Source: Methanococcus maripaludis
Lineage (GTDB): Archaea; AGJL01; Methanococci; Methanococcales; Methanococcaceae
Direction: 5' to 3'
Assembly (NCBI RefSeq): GCF_002945325.1
Contig: NZ_CP026606.1
Coordinates: 1,200,001 to 1,232,000, forward strand
DNA: 32,000 bases
In this document: in pieces, positions 9,013-17,468 of the stretch
How positions within the stretch are numbered: position 1 is the stretch's first letter
Layout of the letters: every line of letters starts with the position of its first letter
Notes under the pieces: model-generated
Seen by the model: the letters and a program-made list of their open reading frames with translations, nothing else
The model's database searches: none
What the model was told of the DNA's origin: nothing
Made by a program: the position numbers and the translations under genes

Positions 9013-9951
9013 ATGCTTAAGTTAGAAAATTTATGTAAATCGTGGAAAGAATTCCAGCTTAAAAGTGTGAACTTAGAAATTGGAAACAACTACTGCATTT
9101 TGCTCGGTCCAAGTGGTGCTGGAAAATCTGTTATAATTCAGTGCATAACTGGAATTTTAAAGCCTGATTCTGGAAAAATATACTTTAATGGGGAAGATAT
9201 AACTGAAATGCCTCCGGAAAAAAGAAATTTTGGTTATGTACCCCAAAATTACGCACTCTTTCCAAACATGAATGTTTACAATAACATTGCATACGGAATG
9301 AAACTTAGAAAATATTCAAAAGCAGAAATTGAAAAAAAAGTAATGGAAATATCCGAATTTTTGCATATTTCACATATTCTGGATAGAAAACCAACAACAT
9401 TAAGTGGTGGAGAACAGCAAAGAGTTGCAATTGCAAGAGCACTAGTACTCGATCCAAAAATTTTACTTCTTGATGAGCCAACGTCTGCTCTTGATACCAA
9501 CATAAAAGAAAGTGTAATATCGGAATTAAAAAAAATTGGAGAATTAGTTCCTGTAATCCACATAACTCACGATTTTGTGGAAGCGAAAACGCTTGGTAAC
9601 CAGATTGCAATATTAATAAACGGGGAATTAAACGATTTTGGAAATCCTGAGATTTTTAAAACGCCTAAAAATGAAAAAATAGCTAATTTTTTGGGATACA
9701 ATATTATATCCAATAAAGAAGAAACTTTTGCAGTTGCTCCAGAAGAGATACTTGTTAATAAATCTTTAAATGGAGACAATGGTGAAAGTATTACTGGAAC
9801 GGTCGAATCATTAGTTGATTTTGGATATTACAAAAAAGTAACAGTTAATGTTGGAGATACGGCTGTAAAAACTATAACTGATGGTGAAAATCCCGTAAAT
9901 ATTGGAGATACTGTGTCTATTATGTATCAAAGGAAAGTTCCAATTAATTAA
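9013..9951 (+). CDS. ABC transporter ATP-binding protein with C-terminal TOBE/Mop-like domain (ModC/WtpC-like)
   Basis: Walker A GPSGAGKS, signature LSGGEQQRVAIARAL, Walker B ILLLDEPTSALD. The C-terminal ITGTVESLVDFGYYKKVTVNVGD...GDTVSIMY looks like a TOBE oxyanion-sensing domain. It starts 14 nt after the permease with a GAGGT RBS. Confidence 0.85.
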   Translation: MLKLENLCKSWKEFQLKSVNLEIGNNYCILLGPSGAGKSVIIQCITGILKPDSGKIYFNGEDITEMPPEKRNFGYVPQNYALFPNMNVYNNIAYGMKLRKYSKAEIEKKVMEISEFLHISHILDRKPTTLSGGEQQRVAIARALVLDPKILLLDEPTSALDTNIKESVISELKKIGELVPVIHITHDFVEAKTLGNQIAILINGELNDFGNPEIFKTPKNEKIANFLGYNIISNKEETFAVAPEEILVNKSLNGDNGESITGTVESLVDFGYYKKVTVNVGDTAVKTITDGENPVNIGDTVSIMYQRKVPIN

Positions 9952-9989
9952 GTTATCACTATTTTATTTTAAAGTAGCAACTCCGCGAA

Positions 9990-10012
9990 TTTTTTTATTT
10001 TTTTATTTTTTT
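9990..10012 (+). terminator. Oligo-T tract, likely archaeal intrinsic termination signal after the ABC transporter operon
   Basis: TTTTTTTATTTTTTTATTTTTTT begins about 40 nt after the stop codon. Archaeal RNA polymerase terminates at such T-runs. Confidence 0.45.
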
Positions 10013-10116
10013 AATGATTATTTGAATTTTGAAGCACTTACTATTTTAAGTAGTTTAAATAAATGTATGGACAAAGTGCATTTAACGGAATAATTTTGTG
10101 TATCTGGTGAAAAATA

Positions 10117-10719
10117 ATGAGTTCATTTAAGGGGATTTTTGGATTTAACAGGGTAGAATTAAAAGACCTGCTGATTTCATCAATTGCAATAGCTATTGTA
10201 GTTGTTTGGCCACGGGGATTTCCAACATTTAATATTGGATTTTTTTTGCATTTTATTGCAGCATTGCTTACTGTTGGAATTGCATTTATTTTTCACGAGC
10301 TTGCACACAGGACCGTTGCAAGACATTTTGGAGCATGGAGTGAATTTAGGGCATGGTATGAAGGACTTGCAATTGCAATATTTTTAAAAATAATTATTGG
10401 TTTTACATTTATCGCACCAGGTGCAGTATATATCCATAAAGATTACTTAACGACAAAAGAAAACGGTTTAATCTCAGTAGCAGGCCCGCTTACAAATATT
10501 GTGCTCGCAGTTTTATTCATGATACTTCCAATACCTGCAATATACTATTCGGGGTATTACGTGGATATTTCAAGCTACGGTTACTTTGTGAATATATTTT
10601 TGGCGATGTTTAATCTTCTACCCATATATCCTTTTGATGGGTCAAAAGTTATGCGCTGGAACTTTTTAGTTTGGGCCGTACTATTTATTCCACTGATTGT
10701 ATTATATTTCTTCGTCTAA
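10117..10719 (+). CDS. Peptidase M50 family (site-2 protease-like) membrane metalloprotease
   Basis: HExxH within a TM helix (FHELAHRTVA) and the second metal-ligand motif NLLPIYPFDGSKV. 200 aa and very hydrophobic. Confidence 0.85.
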   Translation: MSSFKGIFGFNRVELKDLLISSIAIAIVVVWPRGFPTFNIGFFLHFIAALLTVGIAFIFHELAHRTVARHFGAWSEFRAWYEGLAIAIFLKIIIGFTFIAPGAVYIHKDYLTTKENGLISVAGPLTNIVLAVLFMILPIPAIYYSGYYVDISSYGYFVNIFLAMFNLLPIYPFDGSKVMRWNFLVWAVLFIPLIVLYFFV

Positions 10720-10737
10720 AAGTTAAGGAATGATAAA

Positions 10738-11406
10738 ATGGAGTTTGATCTTTGGGTTAGGATCATTAAAGAAAGTATTGAAAAAAAGGATGTTGATCCT
10801 TGGAATATCAACATTTCTGAAATAACTGACGAATATCTTGGAACGATAAAAGAACTTCGAAAATTTGACATACGGTTGTCTGCAGACGTTGTTTTGGTTG
10901 CAGGAATTCTTTTAAGGTTAAAATCTCAGGTACTCTACGGGGAATGTGAAAATGCGTTTACCGAAGAAGAGGAAGAAGTATACGAAGACGATTATCGAGA
11001 CGAAGACTATGTTGAGGACGAAATTGTTGAAAAACCCCAAAAAGAACCTGTTAAAGAGCTTAATCCAGAAAGTATGACTTTAGATGGTTTGATTAGCACT
11101 CTTAAAACGGAACTTAAAAAAATTAAGGATACAAAACCTAGGAAAAAAAGAGAAGTTGTACGACCGACTGCATTATACAATTTAGTCGAAGAAATGATCG
11201 AGGAAGATGATATTTCTGATATAATGGAACTTTTAGTTTTGGAACTTAAAAAATCGGGCGGTAAATTTACATTCCAGAATAAATTTAAGACGAGGGAAGA
11301 AATTATAAAGAATTTTTTGCCTGCATTATACCTTGCAAACGACGGAAAAATTGACATTGACCAGGAAAATCTTTTTGATGAGTTAAACCTAGAATTGAAG
11401 AAATAA
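10738..11406 (+). CDS. scpA: Segregation and condensation protein A (ScpA kleisin)-like
   Basis: N-terminal FDLWVRIIKESIEKKDVDPWNINISEITDEYLGTIKEL matches the ScpA N-terminal winged-helix region. This is followed by an acidic linker (EEEEEVYEDDYRDEDYVEDE) and a C-terminal domain. It starts 18 nt after the M50 gene. Confidence 0.65.
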   Translation: MEFDLWVRIIKESIEKKDVDPWNINISEITDEYLGTIKELRKFDIRLSADVVLVAGILLRLKSQVLYGECENAFTEEEEEVYEDDYRDEDYVEDEIVEKPQKEPVKELNPESMTLDGLISTLKTELKKIKDTKPRKKREVVRPTALYNLVEEMIEEDDISDIMELLVLELKKSGGKFTFQNKFKTREEIIKNFLPALYLANDGKIDIDQENLFDELNLELKK

Positions 11407-11509
11407 TTTCTGGTTTAATGCCCCATGATATGATATTTTTTATTTATATTTATTAATTTCAATGAATAACTCTTTTTTTTTCAGAACTTAACAAAATTAA
11501 ATCGAAATC

Positions 11510-11519
11510 TTTATATATA
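11510..11519 (+). promoter_or_regulatory. TATA box (TTTATATATA) of the thermosome gene
   Basis: It matches the methanogen TATA consensus TTTATATA and lies about 72 nt upstream of ATG 11591. It is the only such element in the 184-bp intergenic region. Confidence 0.5.
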
Positions 11520-11590
11520 CCCTCATAGTCATATACATACCGAAGCAGTACATTTTACCAAACAACAGTTTGAAAAAAGAGGTGCATTTT

Positions 11591-13222
11591 ATGTCACAAC
11601 AACCAGGAGTTTTACCTGAAAACATGAAAAGATACATGGGAAGAGATGCTCAAAGAATGAACATCTTAGCAGGAAGAATTATTGCAGAAACAGTAAGATC
11701 AACACTCGGTCCAAAAGGAATGGACAAAATGTTAGTTGATGACTTAGGGGACGTTGTTGTTACAAACGACGGTGTTACAATCTTAAGAGAAATGAGTGTA
11801 GAACACCCTGCAGCTAAAATGTTAATCGAAGTTGCAAAAACACAAGAAAAAGAAGTTGGCGATGGTACAACAACAGCTGTTGTAGTTGCTGGTGAATTAT
11901 TAAGGAAAGCTGAAGAATTATTGGACCAAAATGTACACCCAACAATTGTTGTAAAAGGATACCAAGCAGCAGCTCAAAAAGCTCAAGAATTATTAAAAAC
12001 AATTGCGTGCGAAGTTGGAGCTCAAGACAAAGAAATCTTAACAAAAATCGCAATGACCTCAATCACCGGAAAAGGTGCTGAAAAAGCTAAAGAAAAATTA
12101 GCTGAAATCATTGTTGAAGCAGTTTCAGCAGTTGTTGACGATGAAGGAAAAGTTGACAAAGATTTAATCAAAATTGAGAAAAAATCAGGCGCATCAATCG
12201 ACGACACCGAATTAATCAAAGGTGTTTTAGTTGACAAAGAAAGAGTAAGCGCTCAAATGCCTAAAAAAGTAACTGATGCAAAAATTGCACTTTTAAACTG
12301 TGCAATCGAAATCAAAGAAACAGAAACCGACGCAGAAATCAGAATCACTGACCCTGCAAAATTAATGGAATTCATCGAACAAGAAGAAAAAATGTTAAAA
12401 GACATGGTTGCTGAAATCAAAGCAAGCGGTGCAAACGTTTTATTCTGCCAAAAAGGAATCGATGACTTAGCACAACACTACTTAGCTAAAGAAGGAATCG
12501 TAGCTGCAAGAAGAGTTAAAAAATCCGACATGGAAAAATTAGCTAAAGCTACAGGTGCTAACGTAATTACAAACATCAAAGACTTATCAGCTGACGATTT
12601 AGGTGAAGCTGGTCTTGTTGAAGAAAGAAAAATCTCCGGAGATTCAATGATTTTCGTAGAAGAATGCAAACACCCAAAAGCAGTTACAATGCTCATCAGA
12701 GGTACAACTGAACACGTAATTGAAGAAGTTGCAAGAGCAGTAGACGATGCTGTTGGCGTAGTTGGATGTACAATTGAAGATGGTAGAATTGTATCTGGTG
12801 GAGGTTCAACAGAAGTTGAATTATCCATGAAATTAAGAGAATACGCAGAAGGAATCAGTGGAAGAGAACAACTCGCAGTTAGAGCATTCGCTGATGCTTT
12901 AGAAGTAATCCCAAGAACCTTAGCTGAAAACGCAGGACTCGATGCAATCGAAATCCTCGTTAAAGTTAGAGCAGCACACGCAAGCAACGGCAACAAATGT
13001 GCAGGTTTAAACGTATTCACCGGAGCAGTTGAAGACATGTGCGAAAACGGTGTAGTTGAACCATTAAGAGTTAAAACACAAGCAATCCAATCAGCAGCTG
13101 AATCAACAGAAATGTTACTCAGAATCGACGATGTAATTGCTGCAGAAAAATTAAGAGGAGCTCCTGACATGGGAGACATGGGCGGAATGCCAGGAATGGG
13201 CGGAATGCCAGGAATGATGTAA
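11591..13222 (+). CDS. ths: Thermosome subunit (group II chaperonin)
   Basis: Unambiguous group II chaperonin: [32 protein letters not shown], and a C-terminal [17 protein letters not shown] tail. The true start is ATG 11591 ([11 protein letters not shown]...) with GAGGTG 7 nt upstream; the TTG at 11570 in the ORF track is an artefactual extension. Confidence 0.97.
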   Translation: MSQQPGVLPENMKRYMGRDAQRMNILAGRIIAETVRSTLGPKGMDKMLVDDLGDVVVTNDGVTILREMSVEHPAAKMLIEVAKTQEKEVGDGTTTAVVVAGELLRKAEELLDQNVHPTIVVKGYQAAAQKAQELLKTIACEVGAQDKEILTKIAMTSITGKGAEKAKEKLAEIIVEAVSAVVDDEGKVDKDLIKIEKKSGASIDDTELIKGVLVDKERVSAQMPKKVTDAKIALLNCAIEIKETETDAEIRITDPAKLMEFIEQEEKMLKDMVAEIKASGANVLFCQKGIDDLAQHYLAKEGIVAARRVKKSDMEKLAKATGANVITNIKDLSADDLGEAGLVEERKISGDSMIFVEECKHPKAVTMLIRGTTEHVIEEVARAVDDAVGVVGCTIEDGRIVSGGGSTEVELSMKLREYAEGISGREQLAVRAFADALEVIPRTLAENAGLDAIEILVKVRAAHASNGNKCAGLNVFTGAVEDMCENGVVEPLRVKTQAIQSAAESTEMLLRIDDVIAAEKLRGAPDMGDMGGMPGMGGMPGMM

Positions 13223-13233
13223 TTTTCATTCCC

Positions 13234-13249
13234 TTCTTTTTTTATTTTT
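13234..13249 (+). terminator. Oligo-T termination signal after the thermosome gene
   Basis: CTTCTTTTTTTATTTTT starts about 12 nt after the TAA stop, in a convergent intergenic region. Confidence 0.45.
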
Positions 13250-13316
13250 GGAAAACAATATTTATAGATTTAAATATATTTAAAAAAGTATTCGGTTTTT
13301 CGGGTAATATGTAAAA

Positions 13317-14633
13317 TTAATATCTTAATTTTCCGCCGATATTTTCAATAATTTTATTGAAAGTTTCTTCTAATTTTTTCAAATCTTCTTTTTCGTAGGA
13401 ATTTATTCTAAAAGTTGCACTCAACTCATTTTCATCAATTTTATCTCCATAATATGTATCAATTACTTTGATTTCAAATTTATGGGCAAGTAATTCAAGA
13501 ATTATGTTTAAATCAATGTCTTTTTTAAATAATACTGAAATATCTACGAAATATTTTTCTAAATTTTTAATTTTCCAATTTTCAAGTTCCTTATCTTCCA
13601 TTAAAGAAACATTTGAAATGTTTAAGATAACTTCCTTTTCATTCTGTTTTAAAACGATGTTGTCGGAATAAACTTCTTTTAAAATACCGTAGTGCACGTT
13701 TTCAGAATAGATATGTTTTAAACCGATTTCTTTTCCAACAGATTTTAATAATTTTTCAGTTTCTTTTGAAATTGCGTAAACTGCTTTGTTAGAACAGTTA
13801 AGTCCGCGTTTTGTTTCATTTCCAAAATGCCTTGCAGAATTTTTCATGTTTTTTACAAAACTATCCCTATCTTTAGTTTGGACAATTTCACTTATATTTT
13901 CGCAGTTTTTAATGAATGTATCGTGAATAGTTTTTATCTGGGGGTTGTGCATCTGGATATCTGCATAAAGGTAGGGGTTTTGGCCGATTATCCTTGCAAT
14001 AATATTAATCATAAGTTCGTAAATTGGGGATGCAAAGTTTCTGGATTCTTTTATATCAATTCCAAGATCTTTTAAAGTTGATCCAAGTGAAATATATACA
14101 AAATGAGTTAGCCCTTGAACTACACCCATTATTTTATCGTGTTCTTTGGGGGACACAACAATTACTTTTGCACCTTCAATTTCTAAAAATTCTTTAATTT
14201 TTTCAAAAAATGGGTTTTCCTTTTCAGTCGGTGTGAGTATAACAACTTGCCTGTTTAACGATGGAGTTTCTGGCCCAAACATGGGGTGTGTCGGAAGTAC
14301 AAATACACCATTCTGTGAAAATTCTGCCATCAGTTTTGAAGGTCTTTCTTTTATCGAAGTGATATCCATTAAAAGTGAACCTTTTTTAACATGCGGAGCA
14401 ACTTCTTTAATCACAGATTCTGTAACATTTATCGGAACAGAAATTATTACAATGTCTCCTTTTTCTGCAGCATCAATATTGTTATTTGTGTAAGTTACAC
14501 GAAGTTCTTTTTCAACTTCTTTTCCTTTTATTACATCCCTTCCAGATACGAGTACATCAAAACCCCTATTTTTAAGAAATGATGCAAACCATTTTCCAAG
14601 CCCGTCAGTTCCGCCGATTATCGAAATTATCAT
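13317..14633 (-). CDS. tyrA: Prephenate dehydrogenase with a C-terminal extension of about 150 aa ending in a ferredoxin-fold (FDX-ACB-like) domain
   Basis: N-terminal Rossmann IISIIGGTDGLGKWFASFL and the catalytic region THPMFGP...SPKEHDKIMGVVQGLTHF are typical of TyrA. Residues about 355-438 (KYFVDISVLF...VIDTYYGDKIDENELSATFRINSYEKEDLKKLEETFNKIIENIGGKLRY) are extra. Confidence 0.8.
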   Translation of the reverse strand: MIISIIGGTDGLGKWFASFLKNRGFDVLVSGRDVIKGKEVEKELRVTYTNNNIDAAEKGDIVIISVPINVTESVIKEVAPHVKKGSLLMDITSIKERPSKLMAEFSQNGVFVLPTHPMFGPETPSLNRQVVILTPTEKENPFFEKIKEFLEIEGAKVIVVSPKEHDKIMGVVQGLTHFVYISLGSTLKDLGIDIKESRNFASPIYELMINIIARIIGQNPYLYADIQMHNPQIKTIHDTFIKNCENISEIVQTKDRDSFVKNMKNSARHFGNETKRGLNCSNKAVYAISKETEKLLKSVGKEIGLKHIYSENVHYGILKEVYSDNIVLKQNEKEVILNISNVSLMEDKELENWKIKNLEKYFVDISVLFKKDIDLNIILELLAHKFEIKVIDTYYGDKIDENELSATFRINSYEKEDLKKLEETFNKIIENIGGKLRY

Positions 14634-14946
14634 AATTTTTCCATTTCTCAGTTTGATTGGTTTATCTTATCTCTTTTATTGTATTAAGTTATTCTTACAT
14701 AATAAAATTTTTACATTTTTTTATAAAATTCTTTAAAATTTAGCATATTTTACACATAATAGGGCTCCATTATAAAAAATGGATGTGTAACATTTTGGAA
14801 CAACCAATGCCCATTTATTACATTCTAATTCTTGAGTATATAAATGAAGTCAAAAATCTGCTGAAAGTGATAAATACGATGTTGCCGTATTAGGTGCCAG
14901 TAACTTATCAAAAAAATACAAAAAATGTAGATGAAGAGGGATTGAC

Positions 14947-16068
14947 ATGCTAATTGGAGTACCAAAAGAAATTAAAAACAATGAAAACAGGGTAGCTATC
15001 ACACCAGCAGGTGTAGAAGCTTTCGTTTTAGCTGGACACAAAGTATACATCGAAAAAGGTGCAGGTCTTGGAAGCGCAATCACTGATGAAGAATATGTTG
15101 CTGCAGGAGCAGAAATCTTGGTAACTGCAAAAGAAGTATTTGACATTGCAGAAATGATTATCAAAGTTAAAGAACCTCTTAAATCAGAATTTGAGCTTTT
15201 CAAAGAAGGACAAATCTTATTCACATACTTGCACTTGGCACCAGAACCACAGCTTACAAAAGCTCTTCTCGATAAAAAAATCACAGGAATTGCATACGAA
15301 ACAGTTCAACTTGCTGACAGAAGCTTACCTCTCTTAACTCCAATGAGTGAAATTGCAGGAAGAATGTCAATCCAACTCGGTGCACAATACTTGGAAAAAC
15401 AAGAAGGCGGAAAAGGTGTTTTATTAGGCGGTGTTCCAGGAGTAGAACCTGCTGAAGTTGTAATTGTAGGTGGTGGAATCGTTGGTACTAACGCTGCAAA
15501 AATTGCAGTAGGTATGGGTGCAAAAGTAACAATCTTAGACGTTAACACAAGAAGACTTGCTTACTTAGACGATATTTTTGGAAACAAAGTTACAACCTTA
15601 ATGTCAAACAGCTTTAACATTGCAAAAGCAGTTAAAAAAGCAGATTTACTCGTAGGATGTGTTTTAATCCCTGGTGCAAAAGCTCCAAAATTAGTTTCAG
15701 AAGAAATGGTTAAATCAATGCAACCTGGTTCAGTAATCGTTGACGTTGCAATCGATCAAGGTGGATCAATCGAAACAATCGATAGAATCACAACACACGA
15801 CAACCCAACTTACGAAAAATTCGGAGTTATCCACTACGCAGTTGCAAACATCCCTGGAGCAGTTGCAAGAACATCTACATACGCATTAACAAACGACACA
15901 CTTCCTTACGCATTACAAATAGCAAACAAAGGATACAAACAAGCAGTAATTGAAAACCCTGCATTATTAAAAGGATTAAACACACTTAACGGAAAAGTAA
16001 CATACGAAGCAGTGGCAAAAGCACACGACCTTCCATACACACCTGCAGAAAAAGCTTTAAATGAATAA
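14947..16068 (+). CDS. ald: L-alanine dehydrogenase (NAD-dependent)
   Basis: [23 protein letters not shown], the NAD-binding [17 protein letters not shown], and VDVAIDQGG are near-invariant AlaDH motifs. GAGGG RBS. Confidence 0.95.
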   Translation: MLIGVPKEIKNNENRVAITPAGVEAFVLAGHKVYIEKGAGLGSAITDEEYVAAGAEILVTAKEVFDIAEMIIKVKEPLKSEFELFKEGQILFTYLHLAPEPQLTKALLDKKITGIAYETVQLADRSLPLLTPMSEIAGRMSIQLGAQYLEKQEGGKGVLLGGVPGVEPAEVVIVGGGIVGTNAAKIAVGMGAKVTILDVNTRRLAYLDDIFGNKVTTLMSNSFNIAKAVKKADLLVGCVLIPGAKAPKLVSEEMVKSMQPGSVIVDVAIDQGGSIETIDRITTHDNPTYEKFGVIHYAVANIPGAVARTSTYALTNDTLPYALQIANKGYKQAVIENPALLKGLNTLNGKVTYEAVAKAHDLPYTPAEKALNE

Positions 16069-16123
16069 TTATTTTATTTTTATTCATTAAAAAGCAACAT
16101 TTTCAACTTATAAGGTGAAGTTT

Positions 16124-17245
16124 ATGGTTTCACATCCGATATGGGCAGAAATTGACTTAAGCGCAATTAAAAACAATATTAAAGAAATAAGAAGAATTAC
16201 AAACCCTAAATCCAAGGTAATGGCAGTAGTAAAAGCAAATGCTTACGGACACGGCGCAGTCGAGGTTTCAAAAGTATGCCTTGAAAATGGGGCCGATCGG
16301 TTAGCAGTTGCACGTTCAACGGAAGCTCTTGAACTTAGGAATGCAGGAATAACGTGTCCAATACTTGTATTTGGATATGTTACCGAAGAAGAAATTTTGA
16401 AAATGGTTGAAAATGATATAACTTTAACCGTTTATTCACTTGAAATCGCAAATTCAATCCAAAAAATTGCTGAAAAATTGGGAAAAAATTCAAAAATCCA
16501 TATCAAAGTAGATACTGGAATGAGTAGACTTGGATTTTTGCCCGAGAAATCGTCGGTAGAAACCATAAAAAAAATCAGGGAACTGGAAAACATCGAAGTT
16601 GAAGGAATTTACACGCATTTTGCAGATGCAGATAATTCTGATAAAACATACACCACTATGCAATTTTCTAAATTTACGAGTTTTTTACACGATCTCGAGG
16701 AAAATGGAATTGATATTCCAATAAAACACGCATCAAATAGCGCTGCAATAATTGACCACCCGGAAACACATCTCAATATGGTGAGACCTGGAATTATTTT
16801 ATACGGGCTTTATCCTTCAGAACTGGTCCACAAGGAAAGAATTAATTTACAACCTGCAATGAGTTTGAAGGTACTTGTAACACATGTAAAAGACGTTCCA
16901 GAAAACACGAAAATAAGTTATGGTTGTACTTTTGAAACCAAAAAACAATCAAAAATTGCATCACTTCCAATAGGGTATGCCGATGGATTCACAAGAATGT
17001 TAAAAAATGGAAATGTCCTGATTCATGGATTGCGGGTTCCTGTTGTTGGCAGAATCTGCATGGATCAGTGCATGATTGATGTTACAAGTATTGAAAACGT
17101 AAACGTTGGAGACGTTGTCACAGTATTTGGAAAAGACGGAAATGAAAAAATCTCCATTGAAGAGTTTGGTAATAAATTGGGAACCATAAATTACGAACTT
17201 GTTTGCATGGTATCTGCAAGAGTTCCAAGAATATATTTACATTAA
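16124..17245 (+). CDS. alr: Alanine racemase (PLP-dependent)
   Basis: PIWAEIDLSAIKNN, the PLP-lysine block AVVKANAYGHG, and C-terminal YGLYP, GYADG and NYELVC are the classic Alr pattern. I prefer ATG 16124, with AAGGTGA 5 nt upstream, over GTG 16115. Confidence 0.93.
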   Translation: MVSHPIWAEIDLSAIKNNIKEIRRITNPKSKVMAVVKANAYGHGAVEVSKVCLENGADRLAVARSTEALELRNAGITCPILVFGYVTEEEILKMVENDITLTVYSLEIANSIQKIAEKLGKNSKIHIKVDTGMSRLGFLPEKSSVETIKKIRELENIEVEGIYTHFADADNSDKTYTTMQFSKFTSFLHDLEENGIDIPIKHASNSAAIIDHPETHLNMVRPGIILYGLYPSELVHKERINLQPAMSLKVLVTHVKDVPENTKISYGCTFETKKQSKIASLPIGYADGFTRMLKNGNVLIHGLRVPVVGRICMDQCMIDVTSIENVNVGDVVTVFGKDGNEKISIEEFGNKLGTINYELVCMVSARVPRIYLH

Positions 17246-17298
17246 TTCTTTTTTTTAGCCTCATATATTTATAAAATCAAGTATTTAAATCCGTTACA

Positions 17299-17327
17299 TT
17301 TATATACTAATCTATACATTTTATATA
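17299..17327 (+). promoter_or_regulatory. Two consensus TATA boxes (TTTATATA at 17299..17306 and 17320..17327) upstream of agcS
   Basis: Both are exact matches to the methanogen TATA consensus, lying in the 223-bp alr-agcS spacer 140-170 nt before the agcS start. Confidence 0.5.
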
Positions 17328-17330
17328 TTG

Positions 17331-17348
17331 CCGGAATGTGCATTCCGG
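17331..17348. promoter_or_regulatory. NrpR-type nitrogen operator candidate: CCGGAATG-TG-CATTCCGG (contains GGAA-N6-TTCC)
   Basis: Perfect 8-bp inverted arms with a 2-bp centre. The core GGAA(17333..17336)-N6-TTCC(17343..17346) equals the published NrpR operator consensus. It lies 4 bp downstream of the second TATA box, where a transcription start would be expected. Confidence 0.55.
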
Positions 17349-17468
17349 TGACCACTTAATTCAAAATAAAAATTCATATAAATGTCCCTCAACATAGTTT
17401 GAAAGGTACATCTGTAATGATTAAACATTAAAAATCTTTAAAAAACCAAAAAAATTTGGAGTGGAAAA

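Noticed and set aside
9902-10093. 63-aa ORF spanning the end of the ABC ATPase gene and the T-rich spacer
   Set aside because: It overlaps the 3' end of a real gene out of frame. It then reads through an oligo-T terminator (poly-Phe/Leu translation). It has no RBS.
12478-13179. 233-aa ORF antisense to the thermosome gene, plus smaller antisense ORFs at 11814..12062 and 12022..12237
   Set aside because: It lies entirely inside a certain, highly codon-biased gene. The translation is low-complexity and Ser/Ala/Thr-rich, as expected when GCN/GAA-rich codons are read in reverse. There is no RBS and no recognisable motif.
14634-14946. Search for an NrpR-type operator or other palindrome upstream of ald
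   Set aside because: Only GGAACAACCAATGC was found, with no TTCC half-site, plus a 4-bp CCAT/ATGG inverted repeat around an A/T run. Neither is convincing.
17331-17348. Reading the CCGGAATG..CATTCCGG palindrome as a hairpin terminator for alr
   Set aside because: It lies 86 nt past the alr stop and is not followed by a T-run. Archaeal termination relies mainly on oligo-T. Its position right after two TATA boxes, and its match to GGAA-N6-TTCC, fit an operator better. An RNA-level role is not excluded.
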